A DNA stretch of 64,000 nt. Source: Eledone cirrhosa (taxonomy: Eukaryota). Shown here piece by piece: positions 17,338 through 30,330 of this stretch. The notes under the pieces are model-generated. The model did not search any database. It saw nothing but the letters and a program-made list of their open reading frames with translations, and was not told the origin of the DNA. Within the stretch, counting starts at the first letter, position 1. Every line of letters begins with the position of its first letter. The position numbers and the translations under genes were made by a program. The stretch lies in the NCBI GenBank assembly GCA_964016885.1, contig OZ024740.1, positions 416,826,001-416,890,000 on the forward strand, given 5' to 3'.

Positions 17338-20300
17338 TGTGACAGGCTGTACTGGGTTATATGTTACCAGTAGACTGAAGAGTGACCTATGTGACAAGCT
17401 GTACTGGGTTATATGTTACCAATAGACTGAAGTGTGACCTATGTGACAGGCTGTACTGGGTTATATGTTACCAATAGACTGAAGAGTGACCTATGTGACA
17501 GGCTGTACTGGGTTACATGTTGCCAGTAGACTGAAGAGTAACCTATGTGACAGGCTGTACTGGGTTATATGTTACCAGTAGACTGAAGAGTAACCTATGT
17601 GACAGGCTGTACTGGGTTATATGTTACCAGTAGACTAAAGAGTGACCTATGTGACAAGCTGTACTGGGTTATATGTTACCAGTAGACTAAATAGTGACCT
17701 ATGTGACAGGCTGTACTGGGTTATATGTGACCAGTAGACGGAAGAGTGACCTATGTGACAGGCTGTACTGGATTATATGTTACCAGTAGACTGAAGAGTG
17801 ACCTATGTGACAGGCTGTAATGTGTTATATGTTACCAGTAGACTGAAGAGTAACCTATGTGACAGGCTGTACTGGAGTATATGTTACCAGTAGACTGAAG
17901 AGTGACCTATGTGACAAGCTGTAATGTGTTATATGTTACCAATAGACTGAAGAGTGACCTATGTGAGAGGCTGTACTGGGTTATATGTTACTAGTAGACT
18001 GAAGAGTATCCTATGTGACAGGCTGTACTGGGTTATATGTTACCAGTAAACTGAAGAGTAACCTATGTGACAAGCTGTATTGGGTTACATGTTACCAGTA
18101 GACTGAAGAGTGACCTATGTGACAAGCTGTACTGGGTTATATGTTACCAGTAGACTAAATAGTGACCTATGTGACAGGCTGTACTGGGTTATATGTTACT
18201 AGTAGACTGAAGAGTATCCTATGTGACAGGCTGTACTGGGTTATATGTTACCAGTAGACTGAAGAGTGACCTATGTGACAGGCTGTACTGGGTTATATGT
18301 TAACAGTAGACTGAAGAGTGACCTATGTGACAGGCTGTACTGGGTTATATGTTACCAGTAGACTGAGGAGTGACCTATGTGACAGACTGTACTGGGTTAT
18401 ATGTTACCAGTAGACTGAAGAGTAACGTATGTGACAGGCTGTACTGGGTTATATGTTACCAGTAGACTGAAGAGTGACCTATGTCATAGGCTGTACTGGG
18501 TTATATGTTACCAATAGACTGAAGAGTGACCTATGTGACAGGCTGTACTGGGTTATATGTTACCAGTAGACTGAAGAGTGGCCTATGTGACAGGCTGTAC
18601 TGGGTTATATGTTACCAGTAGACTGAAGAGTGACCTATGTCATAGGCTGTACTGGGTTATATGTTACCAATAGACTGAAGAGTGACCTATGTGACAGGCT
18701 GTACTGGGTTATATGTTACCAGTAGACTGAAGAGTGGCCTATGTGACAGGCTGTACTGGGTTATATGTTACCAATAGACTGAAGAGTGACCTATGTGACA
18801 AGCTGTACTGGGTTACATGTTACCAGTAGACTGAAGAGTGACCTATGTGACAAGCTGTACTGGGTTATATATTACCAGTAGACTAAAAAGTGACCTATGT
18901 GACAGGCTGTAGTGGGTTACATGTTACCAGTAGACTGAAGAGTAACCTATGTGACAGGCTGTCCTGGGTTATATGTTACCAGTAGACTGAAGAGTGACCT
19001 ATGTGACAGGCTGTACTGGGTTATATGTTACCAGTAGACTGAAGAGTGGCCTATGTGACAGGCTGTAGTGGGTTACATGTTACCAGTAGACTGAAGAGTA
19101 ACCTATGTGACAGGCTGTCCTGGGTTATATGTTACCAGTAGGCTGAAGAGTGACCTATGTGACAGGCTGTACTGGGTTATATATTACCAGTAGACTGAAG
19201 AGTGGTCTATGTGACAGGCTGTAGTGGGTTACATGTTACCAGTAGACTGAAGAGTAACCTATGTGACAGGCTGTCCTGGGTTATATATTACCAGTAGACT
19301 GAAGAGTAAGCTATGTGACAGGCTGTACTGGGTTATATGTTACCAGTAGACTGAAGAGTGACCTATGTGACAGGCTGTACTGGGTTATATGTTACCAGTA
19401 GACTGAAGAGTGACCTATGTGACAGGCTGTACTGGGTTATATATTACCAGTAGACTGAAGAGTGGTCTATGTGACAGGCTGTAGTGGGTTACATGTTACC
19501 AGTAGACTGAAGAGTAACATATGTGACAGGCTGTCCTGGGTTATATGTTACCAGTAGACTGAAGAGTGATCTATGTGACAGGCTGTCCTGGGTTATATAT
19601 TAACAGTAGACTGAAGAGTGGTCTATGTGACAGGCTGTAGTGGGTTACATGTTACCAGTAGACTGCCGAGTGACCTATGTGACAGGCTGTACTGGGTTAC
19701 ATGTTACCAGTAGACTGAAGAGTGGCCTATGTTACAGGCTGTACTGGGTTATATGTTACCATAGACTGAAGAGTGACCTATGTGACAGGCTGTACTGGGT
19801 TATATGTTACCAGTAGACTGAAGAGTGACCTATGTCATAGGCTGTACTGGGTTATATGTTACCAATAGACTGAAGAGTGACCTATGTGACAGGCTGTACT
19901 GGGTTATATGTTACCAGTAGACTGAAGAGTATCCTATGTGACAGGCTGTACTGGGTTATATGTTACCAGTGAACTGAAGGGTAACCTATGTGACAGGCTG
20001 TACTGGGTTACATGTTACCAGTAGACTGAAGAGTAACGTATGTGACAGGCTGTACTGGGTTATATGTTACCAGTAGACTGAAGAGTGACCTATGTGACAA
20101 GCTGTACTGGGTTATATGTTACCAGTAGACTCAAGAGTGGCCTATGTGACAGGCTGTACTGGGTTATATATTACCAGTAGACTGAAGAGTGGCCTATGTT
20201 ACAGGCTGTACTGGGTTATATGTTACCATAGACTGAAGAGTGACCTATGTGACAGGCTGTACTGGGTTACATGTTACCAGTAGACTGAAGAGTGACCTAT

Positions 20301-20805
20301 GTGACAGGCTGTACTGGGTTATATGTTACCAGTAGACTGAAGAGTGGCCTATGTTACAGGCTGTACTGGGTTATATGTTACCATAGACTGAAGAGTGACC
20401 TATGTGACAGGCTGTACTGGGTTACATGTTACCAGTAGACTGAAGAGTGACCTATGTGACAGGCTGTACTGGGTTATATGTTACCAGTAGACTGAAGAGT
20501 GGCCTATGCAACAGGCTGTACTGGGTTATATGTTACCAGTAGACTGAAGAGTGGCCTATGTGACAGGCTGTACTGGGTTATATGTTACCAGTAGACTGAA
20601 GAGTGGCCTATGTGACAGGCTGTACTGGGTTATATGTTACCAGTAGACTGAAGAGTGGCCTATGTGACAGGCTGTACTGGGTTATATGTTACCATAGACT
20701 GAAGAGTGGCCTATGTAACAGGCTGTACTGGGTTATATATTACCAGTAGACTGAAGAGTGGCCTATGTGACAGGCTGTACTGGGTTACATGTTACCAGTA
20801 GACTC
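17338..20805. repeat. Minisatellite, 52 bp unit, about 66 copies
   Basis: Unit gtgacaggctgtactgggttatatgttaccagtagactgaagagtgacctat. Confidence 0.97.
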
Positions 20806-20929
20806 ATCAGCGACCTGACTATATCTGTTCTCTTACCATATATGATATATATCCAAATATTTACCTATCAGTCATTTCTTCTGTCTATACAGTTAATAAT
20901 TAAAAATTAAGCCAGCATTAAGACATATG

Positions 20930-21030
20930 TCATCTGTTATACAACACATCTGTCATCTATTATAGAAGACATTTGTCATCTGTTGTACAAGACATCTGTC
21001 ATCTGTTATACAAGGCATCTGTCATCTGTA
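20930..21030. repeat. Short tandem repeat, about 20 bp unit (gacatctgtcatctgttata), about 5 copies
   Basis: Read directly from the sequence. Confidence 0.7.
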
Positions 21031-21354
21031 ATACTATTTTAATTTTAGAGTATACTTTGAAGCATAGAGTTATGTCCTTTTATGTCCTGAGTTCAAATCC
21101 TGCCGAGGTTAACTTTGCCTTTCCTCCTTACAGGGTTGATAAAACAAAGTACCCATAATGCATGGGGGTCATTGCTGGCCTTGTGTCAAAAGTAGAAACA
21201 ATTATTTTGATAACTTCTTATTTTGTTATATTATTTTCCCACATATAACTGCAATGATTCCGTCCCACTCTAACCAAATAGACTACATTGTTAGAAATAT
21301 ATTATCTCTAAAGTTGATACACAGAATATTTACTACTAACAATTCACCCCTTTC

Positions 21355-21583
21355 TTAACACTTTAGCATTTAAACCAACCATATCCAGCCAGAATTCTCT
21401 CACCTCTTTCTGTTTAAATTGGCTGTAACTGGCCACTCATACTGATGTTAAGGGATTATTCACAAAATAAATAATATCAAAATCTCATAGATTCGATATT
21501 ATGTGAGATAATTATGTGAGGTAAAGCCTTTACAGTGAAAATATAATAGTAAATATAGAGTAATGTGAATGCTAAAGGGTGAA
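21355..21583 (-). mobile_element. piggyBac-like non-autonomous MITE copy (family also at 33748-33962, 38581-38788, 15652-17104)
   Basis: About 210 bp shared sequence with termini TTAACCCTTTA(g/a)CATTTA...TAAATG(c/t)TAAAGGGTTAA. Confidence 0.7.
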
Positions 21584-21633
21584 ATAAAGAACTTCCTCAA
21601 CTTAAATAAAACGATGTTATAAATTCTACTTAC

Positions 21634-21743
21634 TCCATATTGTACAGCACAGTTTTCAGTACGAGGATCAATGTCACACGCTTTTCCAATATAAATCTGT
21701 TGACATTGACATTTGCCACATACACATCTCCCATGGTCTACAC
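21634..21743 (-). CDS. Exon E2 (110 nt): VDHGRCVCGKCQCQQIYIGKACDIDPRTENCAVQYG
   Basis: Acceptor atgtttcag, donor gtaagt. The spliced ICGGVDHGRCVCGKCQC resembles invertebrate integrin beta I-EGF3. Confidence 0.9.
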
Positions 21744-22379
21744 CTGAAACATATAAAATGTCTGATAATGCTTATACATTTTAGTTTTGCTAATTTTTCA
21801 ATTCAAATCCAATCCAATCCAGGTCGTTTTCACTCCTGTTGGTCTTCACTGCTTTCTGTTTGGTTTTGGTCATGTCAGGAGTGTGGTTATACTCACCTCA
21901 CATGGGTAATTGCAGGGTGTTGAGGCTATTTAACCCATAGTTGGTGTGGATAACTGTTGACTTAGAGGAATTCATCAGCCCTTTTAACAACTCTTTTTTG
22001 TGTGTGTGCTGTTAGGGTTCCACTTACCTACCTCACCAGACGTCTGGTGAGCAAGCCAGTTTAGTCACTGACCACTTAACTATGAAGCACATTGTACTGA
22101 CTTACGTGGCACCAGTAACAATTTTGTTTTATTTACAAATCTAGAATTAAATTTCCAATAAGATTTACTCAAATATAGGCTGATCTGAACCCCACTATTT
22201 TATGTCTGAGAAATGGGCAAAAATCCAAACCTTATTTACATAGAATTTGAAGTTGGTGAAAATCATCAAAATATTAACCCTGAATATAAGCACACACCCC
22301 TCCTTCTACCATTGATGTTTTTGGTCACATATACCTCGGCTTATATTTCAGTATATATGTATATATACATTAAAGTGGT

Positions 22380-25300
22380 CATGTAGGTGTCACGACAAAA
22401 ACCACCCAGTACACACTGTAAATGTGGTCGTGTAGGAGATACGACAAAAACCACCCAGTACACACTGTAAATGTGGTCGTGTAGGAGACACGACAAAAAC
22501 CACCCAGTACACACTGTAAATGTGGTCGTGTAGGAGACATGACAAAAACCACCCAGTACACACTGTAAATGTGGTCGTGTAGAAGACATGACAAAAAATA
22601 CCCAGTACACACTGTAAATGTGGTTGTGTAGAAGACATGACAAAAAGCACCCAGTACACACTGTAAATGTGGTCGTGTAGGAGACATGACAAAAACCATC
22701 CAGTCCACACTGTAAATGTGGTTGTGTAGAAGACATGACAAAAAGCACCCAGTACACTCTGTAAATGTGGTTGTGTAGAAGACATGACAAAAAGCACCCA
22801 GTACACACTGTAAATGTGGTTGTGTAGAAAACATGACAAAAACCACCCAGTACACACTGTAAATGTGGTTGTGTAGGAGACATGACAAAAACCACCCAGT
22901 ACACACTGTAAATGTGGTTGTGTAGGAGACACGACGAAAACCATCCAGTACACACTGTAAATGTGGTTGTGTAGGAGACATGACAAAAACCACCCAGTAC
23001 ACACTGTAAATGTGGTCGTGTAGGAGACATGACAAAAAACACCCAATCCACACTGTAAATGTGGTCGTGTAGGAGACATGACAAAAAGCACCCAGTACAC
23101 ACTGTAAATGTGGTCGTGTAGGAGACACGACAAAAACCACCCGGTACACACTGTAAATGTGGTCGTGTAGGAGACATGACAAAAGCACCCAGTCCACACT
23201 GTAAATGTCGTTGTGTAGAAGACATGACAAAAAGCACCCAGTACACACTGTAAATGTGGTTGTGTAGAAGACATGACAAAAAGCACCCAGTACACACTGT
23301 AAATGTGGTTGTGTAGAAGACATGACAAAAAGCACCCAGTCCACACTGTAAATGTGGTCGTGTAGAAGACATGACAAAAACCACCCAGTCCACACTGTAA
23401 ATGTGGTTGTGTAGAAGACATGACAAAAACCACCCAGTCCACACTGTAAATGTGGTTGTGTAGAAGACATGACAAAAACCACCCAGTCCACACTGTAAAT
23501 GTGGTTGTGTAGAAGACATGACAAAAAGCACCCAGTACACAATTGTAAATGCGGTTGTGTAGAAGACATGACAAAAACCACCCAGTCCACACTGTAAATG
23601 TGGTCATGTAGGAGACATGACAAAAAGCACCCAGTACACACTGTAAATGTGGTTGTGTAGAAAACATGACAAAAACCACCCAGTACACACTGTAAATGTG
23701 GTTGTGTAGGAGACATGACAAAAACCACCCAGTACACACTGTAAATGTGGTTGTGTAGGAGACACGACGAAAACCATCCAGTACACACTGTAAATGTGGT
23801 CGTGTAGGAGACATGACAAAAAACACCCAATCCAAACTGTAAATGTGGTCGTGTAGGAGACATGACAAAAAGCACCCAGTACACACTGTAAATGTGGTCG
23901 TGTAGGAGACACGACAAAAACCACCCGGTACACACTGTAAATGTGGTCGTGTAGGAGACATGACAAAAGCACCCAGTCCACACTGTAAATGTGGTCGTGT
24001 AGGAGACATGACAAAAAACACCCAATCCACACTGTAAATGTGGTCGTGTAGGAGACATGACAAAAAGCACCCAGTACACACTGTAAATGTGGTCGTGTAG
24101 GAGACACGACAAAAACCACCCGGTACACACTGTAAATGTGGTCGTGTAGGAGACATGACAAAAGCACCCAGTCCACACTGTAAATGTCGTTGTGTAGAAG
24201 ACATGACAAAAAGCACCCAGTACACACTGTAAATGTGGTTGTGTAGAAGACATGACAAAAAGCACCCAGTACACACTGTAAATGTGGTTGTGTAGAAGAC
24301 ATGACAAAAAGCACCCAGTCCACACTGTAAATGTGGTCGTGTAGAAGACATGACAAAAACCACCCAGTCCACACTGTAAATGTGGTTGTGTAGAAGACAT
24401 GACAAAAACCACCCAGTCCACACTGTAAATGTGGTTGTGTAGAAGATATGACAAAAACCACCCAGTCCACACTGTAAATGTGGTTGTGTAGAAGACATGA
24501 CAAAAAGCACCCAGTACACAATTGTAAATGCGGTTGTGTAGAAGACATGACAAAAACCACCCAGTACACACTGTAAATGTGGTTGTGTAGGAGACATGAC
24601 AAAAAGCACCCAGTACACACTGTAAATGTGGTTGTGTAGAAGATATGACAAAAACCACCCAGTCCACACTGTAAATGTGGTCGTGTAGAAGACATGACAA
24701 AAACCACCCAGTCCACACTGTAAATGTCGTTGTGTAGAAGACATGACAAAAAGCACCCAGTACACACTGTAAATGTGGTTGTGTAGGAGACATGACAAAA
24801 ACCACCCAGTACACACTGTAAATGTGGTCATGTAGGAGACATGACAAAAAGCACCCACTACACACTGTAAATGTGGTTGTGTAGAAGACATGACAAAAAC
24901 CACCCAGTCCACACTGTAAATGTGGTTGTGTAGAAGACATGACAAAAACCACCCAGTACACACTGTAAATGTGGTTGTGTAGGAGACATGACAAAAACCA
25001 CCCAGTACACACTGTAAATGTGGTCATGTAGGAGACATGACAAAAAGCATCCAGTGCACACTGTAAATGTGGTCATGTAGGAGACATGACAAAAAGCACC
25101 CAGTACACACTGTAAATGTGGTTGTGTAGAAGACATGACAAAAAGCACCCAGTACACACTGTAAATGAGGTCATGTAGGAGACATGACAAAAAGCACCCA
25201 GTACACACTGTAAATGTGGTTGTGTAGATGACATGCAAAAACCACCCAGTACACACTGTAAATGTGGTCATGTAGGAGACATGACAAAAAGCACCCAGTC

Positions 25301-25858
25301 CACACTGTAAATGTGGTTGTGTAGAAGACATGACAAAAACCACCCAGTCCACACTGTAAATGTGGTTGTGTAGGAGACATGACAAAAACCACCCACTACA
25401 CACTGTAAATGTGGTTGTGTAGAAGACATGACAAAAAGCACCCAGTACACACTGTAAATGTGGTCATGTAGGAGACACGACAAAAAGCACCCAGTACACA
25501 CTGTAAATGTGGTCATGTAGGAGACATGACAAAAAGCACCCAGTCCACACTGTAAATGTGGTTGTGTAGAAGACATGACAAAAACCACCCAGTCCACACT
25601 GTAAATGTGGTTGTGTAGAAGACATGACAAAAAGCACCCAGTACACACTGTAAATGTGGTCATGTAGGAGACACGACAAAAAGCACCCAGTACACACTGT
25701 AAATGTGGTTGTGTAGGAGACATGACAAAAACCACCCAGTACACACTGTAAATGTGGTCATGTAGGAAACATGACAAAAAGCACCCAGTACACACTTTAA
25801 ATGTGGTTGTGTAGAAGACATGACAAAAACCACCCAGTACACACTGTAAATGTGGTTG
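22380..25858. repeat. Minisatellite, 49 bp unit, about 70 copies, derived from the RTE/SINE 3' UTR
   Basis: Unit tgtaggagacatgacaaaaaccacccagtacacactgtaaatgtggtcg. The array runs directly into gttaggaaggacatcc...ttaaacgatgatgat (to about 26010). Confidence 0.95.
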
Positions 25859-26355
25859 GCGTTAGGAAGGACATCCATCCATAGAAACCAAGCCAGAAAC
25901 AGTTCTGTATGAGCGAGACACGCTCACCTGACCCAACCTGTCACAAATGGGACAACCAGTCTACCCATGCTTGCATAGAAAGTGGATGTTAAACGATGAT
26001 GATGTTGATGATATGGTTATTGGAGTTCCTTGATATTTTCTTCAGCCCTCTGTGAAGTTACATAGTATGACTCTGTAGAGTTTCAGCTGTCTCTAACATG
26101 TTCAGTTGCTTAGTCATTTTCTCCATATTGATATAGATATCATTAACACTATGTAGACTTTTCTTTAAGTCTACATAGATGATAGATACCTAGTACAACT
26201 GCAACAGTTTTATTCTTTCGCTTTCTCACTCTCTCCTATTCAAGTGATCACCAGAGGTTGACCGAGGAGATGGGACTGTCATTTTTCCATTGTTTTTTTC
26301 CATTGTCTTTGTCCAGTACATCCAATTATTTTAAATATATATATATATATATATA

Positions 26356-26482
26356 AGTAGTAACACAACAGTTAGTTCACCATACCGAGAACAATTGTTT
26401 CACCTTATGCGGATCTTCAGCTTGGACGCATAAGGTGAAACAATTGTTCTAAGTATGGTGAACTAACTGTTGTGTAACTACT
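26356..26482. repeat. Palindrome (56 bp arms) containing a minus-strand hammerhead-like motif at 26385-26425
   Basis: Minus strand reads CCAAG-CUGAAGA-UCC gcauaa GGU-GAAA-CAAUUG-UU-CUCGG. Confidence 0.8.
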
Positions 26483-26554
26483 GCTACCAAACTCGCCCCA
26501 TGGACTGAGTGCTCTACCACTATGGATATTACCTTCCAGTGTTCTACCTCTTTC

Positions 26555-26587
<33 letters not shown>

Positions 26588-26630
26588 CAAATTTAAATAT
26601 TTGGAAGTCCTACAATACAAGATTAAAAGC

Positions 26631-26845
26631 GCTAAGGTAATAGGAGTTATAGAGGAAAGAGTGAGGACGATAGAATTTTACTTTAGCAAATTTATTTATC
26701 TCAAATATTTTTGGATGCCAGCCAAACTCACGGATCCTCTCTTAAGAATGGGTTTTTAAAACCAAAAATATTTGAGATAAATAAATTTGCTAAGGTAAAA
26801 TTCTATTGTTCTCACTTTTTCCTCCATAACTCCTATTAGCTTGGC
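26631..26845. repeat. Fold-back inverted repeat (about 85 bp arms)
   Basis: aataggagttatagagg..ttagcaaatttatttatctcaaatatttttgg versus ccaaaaatatttgagataaataaatttgctaa..cctccataactcctatt. Confidence 0.85.
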
Positions 26846-27131
26846 AGCATTGAATAATATATATTTGCTTTTTGTTAGTCTAGTACATTTTCTACTCTGG
26901 CTAATTGTGTTTTACACACACACACATACACACAAAATGAGATGTTCATGGTCAGAATTCTTTTGATCATGTTTCTCAATCAAGATTGACCCAGGGTTAA
27001 AGAAACAAACAACAATTTATGATTATGATATGATTATTAAAATGAAAAATGAAAGTTTGTTTGTAAGAAGAAGTTATAAATTGACCATATTGAAAGAGAA
27101 ATAAGAAAGATATTGTTACCACATTATGTAC

Positions 27132-27213
27132 CTCCACAAATCTTCCCATTAGAAGTAGGACAACTGGTATCATCACATTCACAATACATTCCGCTGTATG
27201 CTTTATTAGTCCC
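27132..27213 (-). CDS. Exon D2 (82 nt): GTNKAYSGMYCECDDTSCPTSNGKICG(G)
   Basis: Acceptor atttag, donor gtacat. Integrin beta CECD..C motif. Confidence 0.9.
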
Positions 27214-27522
27214 CTAAATATATCATTAAAAAAATACAAATATTTATTAAGTTCTTTTAATAGCATTGATGTTATCATGCAAAAAAAAAAAATATCTTCT
27301 TCATCAGCCACTTATTCCCGAGAGGGTTGTGGGGGCAGAGTCCTCAAACACTCCTTCCAGCGGGTCCTATCAGAAGCAACCACCTCTAATTGATCTGGCT
27401 GGATCCCCAAGCAAAACCAGTAAGATGGTTGAGCTGGGGACATGATGTAAAAGTACCCAATTCACCTGTCAGTTAGCACCCAGTCCATACTGTAAATATG
27501 GTTGATGCTAGAAAGGTCATCT

Positions 27523-28181
27523 TGCAGACACTAAATTTTCTGGATATCACCCTTCATCAGTACAGCTCACTGTTCACCTGCCAAACTGTCAGACCTAGTG
27601 AAAATATATGCTATTCTGTTTGCATGCCAACACAAGAGCAAGAATGAAGTGCTCATTCTACTGACATGGCTATAAAATTGAGGCTTGTTTGCATAATTGC
27701 AAATGAACCGAATGTTATTATTAATATTCGAAAAACTCAGATTACATTTATTGTATTCAGCCATGTAGAGTGAAATTTTCTTTTTTATTTGAATTTGGCA
27801 AAGCCAGCCATTTATCGCTCGTATACAGGAAACTGACTGGCCAGTCTGCTGATATGCAAATCTGGCTGATCAGTGGATCTGCTAATATGCAGATCTGACT
27901 GATCAGTCAGTCTGCTAATATGCAAATCAGGCCGATCAGTCACTGTGTATTTTTGAAAATAGCATATATTTTCACTACCTGTGACAGTTTGGCAGGTGAA
28001 CAGTGAGCTGTACTGATGAAGGGTGATACCCAGAAACAGTGTCTGCAGTTCTGTTCGCATGCCAACACAAGAGCAAGAATGAAGTGTTCATTCTACTGAC
28101 ATGACTATAAAATTGAGGCTTGTTTGCATAATTGCAAACGAATCGAATGTTTTTATTAATATTCGAAAAACTCAGATTACA
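27523..28181. mobile_element. Small non-coding Penelope-pLTR/retrozyme-like element with inverted and direct partial repeats
   Basis: 27523-27615 is inverted at 27958-28047, and 27614-27747 is directly repeated at 28049-28181. Both inverted arms carry the hammerhead motif. Confidence 0.65.
28008..28048 (+). ncRNA. Minimal type I hammerhead-ribozyme-like motif
   Basis: CUGUA-CUGAUGA-A-GGGU gau ACCC-A-GAAA-CAGUG-UC-UGCAG: stem I 5 bp, stem II 4 bp, short stem III, GUC cleavage triplet. Confidence 0.65.
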
Positions 28182-28285
28182 TATATATATATATAAATAT
28201 ATATATATATTAGTTAAAACCGAAAACAATTACGAAGAGTGCAGTATGAAGTGTTAGTATTAGGTTCACGCTTGAGAGTGAGGGG

Positions 28286-28315
28286 CGACGTTTCGAGCAT
28301 AAGATCTTCATCAGG
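28286..28315 (-). ncRNA. Degenerate hammerhead-like motif of Penelope pLTR type
   Basis: CCUGAUGAA-GAUC uuau GCUC-GAAACGUCG. One stem II mismatch and a poor stem I. Confidence 0.4.
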
Positions 28316-29104
28316 AGAAAAGTGGGAAGGAAAAGAGTTCCAAGGGTGTGATGGGGAGTGGTGGAAATACATTAAAAGAGGGGGATTAAAGGGAAGGAAA
28401 AAAAATTAAAAAGTGGGTAAAAAAATTAAAATGAGACAAGTGGTGAAAGGGTGTATGGAGGGGAGAGCGGGAAGAGGGAGACTGGGGCTCCGAGAGGGAA
28501 GGGCAAAGGTGGTGTGTGTGTATGTGTGTAGGTGTACGTGTGTGTGTGGATGCGAATGTGAGAGTTTGGGGAAGAACGAGGTTCCATGTTCGGATAATAG
28601 GAAAACCAGTGTGTACATGGGGTGGGGTGTAAGTCAGTGTGCGTGTGTGTGTGGATGGAGAGGGGTCAGACGGATGGGGGAGAGGGGCATGTGGAGTCTG
28701 AAGGCCAAGTATGAGTATGTGAGGATACACATGTGTGGGTGTATTTTTGTGTAGTGTGGATACGTGGGAATGTATGGTTGTGTGTATGCGAAAATAGTGT
28801 AAGTGTTAGTGTGTGTGAGTGTGTTCCTGAATGTTTTCCGCAGAGTGTAAGAAGAGATGGTGAAAAATCCGAGTATAACAGAGTGGATGTCTGGAGCGTG
28901 TGACCAGTGGTGTAGAATCCGTGGAATGGTGCAGAGGAAGTAGAGAGTTGTGGGGTGTGCGCACATTAGGAAGTGGTCAAGAAGGTCAAGGCAGGGTGAA
29001 GGATGCAGGAGAGAGGAGATAGCAGTAGAAGGGTGACAGACAGGCAGTGGTAGGGATGAAGGCTGTATGGAGGATGGCAGACGGACAATTGTTAGGGATG
29101 TTAA

Positions 29105-29310
29105 AACCCCTTCCTTTCTCAGTCGACGTTATCATCCCTTCCTTTCTCAGTTTGTCATCACCCCTTCCTTTCTCAGTTTGTCATCATCCCTTCCTTTCTC
29201 AGTTTGTCATCACCCCTTACTTCCTCAGTTTGTCATCACCCCTTACTTTCTCAGTTTGTCATCACCCCTTACTTCCTCAGTTTGTCATCACCCCTTACTT
29301 CCTCAGTCAT
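29105..29310. repeat. Tandem repeat, about 27 bp unit (ccccttacttcctcagtttgtcatcac), about 7 copies
   Basis: Read directly from the sequence. Confidence 0.85.
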
Positions 29311-29719
29311 CTCTTGTGACAGACAAATACACAAGCCTATTATATATTAGTAGATTATAGTAGTAATGGCACTCCATCAGTTACGATGAGTATTCCTGTT
29401 GATATGATCAACGGAACAACCTACTAGTGAAATTAATGTGCAAGTGGCTGAGCATTCCACAAACATGCGAACCTTTAACGTAGTTCTCGGGGAGATTCAG
29501 TGTGATACAGAATGAGAGAAGGCTGGCTCTTCAAATTACAGGTACAACTAATTTTTGCCAGCTGAGTGGACTGCAGTAATGTGAAATAATGTGTCTTGCT
29601 CAAGGGTACCACCAGGAATCGAACTCACATACCTTATGATTGTGTGCCAAATACCCTAACCACAAAGCCACACACATGCCTACATATATATATATACGGT
29701 GGAGTAAAATAGTACTTAC

Positions 29720-29789
29720 TGGTATTTTGTTGCAGCGGCAAAATCCCCGTGAACATCTACCTCTGTCTGAACAAATAACTGATGAGTTA
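29720..29789 (-). CDS. Exon C2 (70 nt): NSSVICSDRGRCSRGFCRCNKIP
   Basis: Acceptor ttttttcatag, donor gtaagt. Paralog of C1. Confidence 0.9.
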
Positions 29790-29870
29790 CTATGAAAAAA
29801 TAAAATAAAAAATTAAACCTAGAATGTCAAAAGTATGTTTTCCTTACAAAATATATTCAATTGTACTGAT

Positions 29871-30330
29871 TTAACCCTTTTGATATCAAGCTATCGGAAA
29901 CCACCCTGGTTTTTATGGCACAAAACTCTCCATTTTCAACATTCATATTTACATTAAAACTTTCCATCCATATTTTTTTAAAGAAATTTTTTTTAAGAAT
30001 TGCTCCAAATATCACCTTAATAATTGTTTCTACTTTTGGCACAAGGCCAGCTATTATCCCAGTGTATTACTGGTACTTTATTTGATCGACCCTGTAAGGA
30101 TGAAAGGCAAAGTTAACCTTGGCGGGATTTGAACTCAGACCATAAAGGGCAGTAACTCTTTGCTGCAATGCATGGCATCCGAACCGATACTGCCAATCCA
30201 CTGCCCTTTATCACCTTAATGAATAGGTTAATCATTTGATTAAGTTTCTCCAAATTTTTGATGATTTTCAAAATTAATTGAAACACATAGGTAGTGAATG
30301 TCATTTGAAATATGGTGAGAAAAGGGTTAA
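29871..30330. mobile_element. TTAA-flanked MITE (piggyBac-like) with a nested SINE (about 30020-30208)
   Basis: Termini ttaaccctttt...aaaagggttaa. The SINE is flanked by duplicated atcaccttaat. Confidence 0.65.

Noticed and set aside
17338-20805. CRISPR-like regular repeats
   Set aside because: Head-to-tail units without unique spacers, no cas genes, eukaryotic context. The same applies to the other arrays.
22341-25878. ORFs of up to 882 aa, Cys/His-rich
   Set aside because: A 49 bp unit read in all three frames and derived from a retroposon 3' UTR; not a protein.
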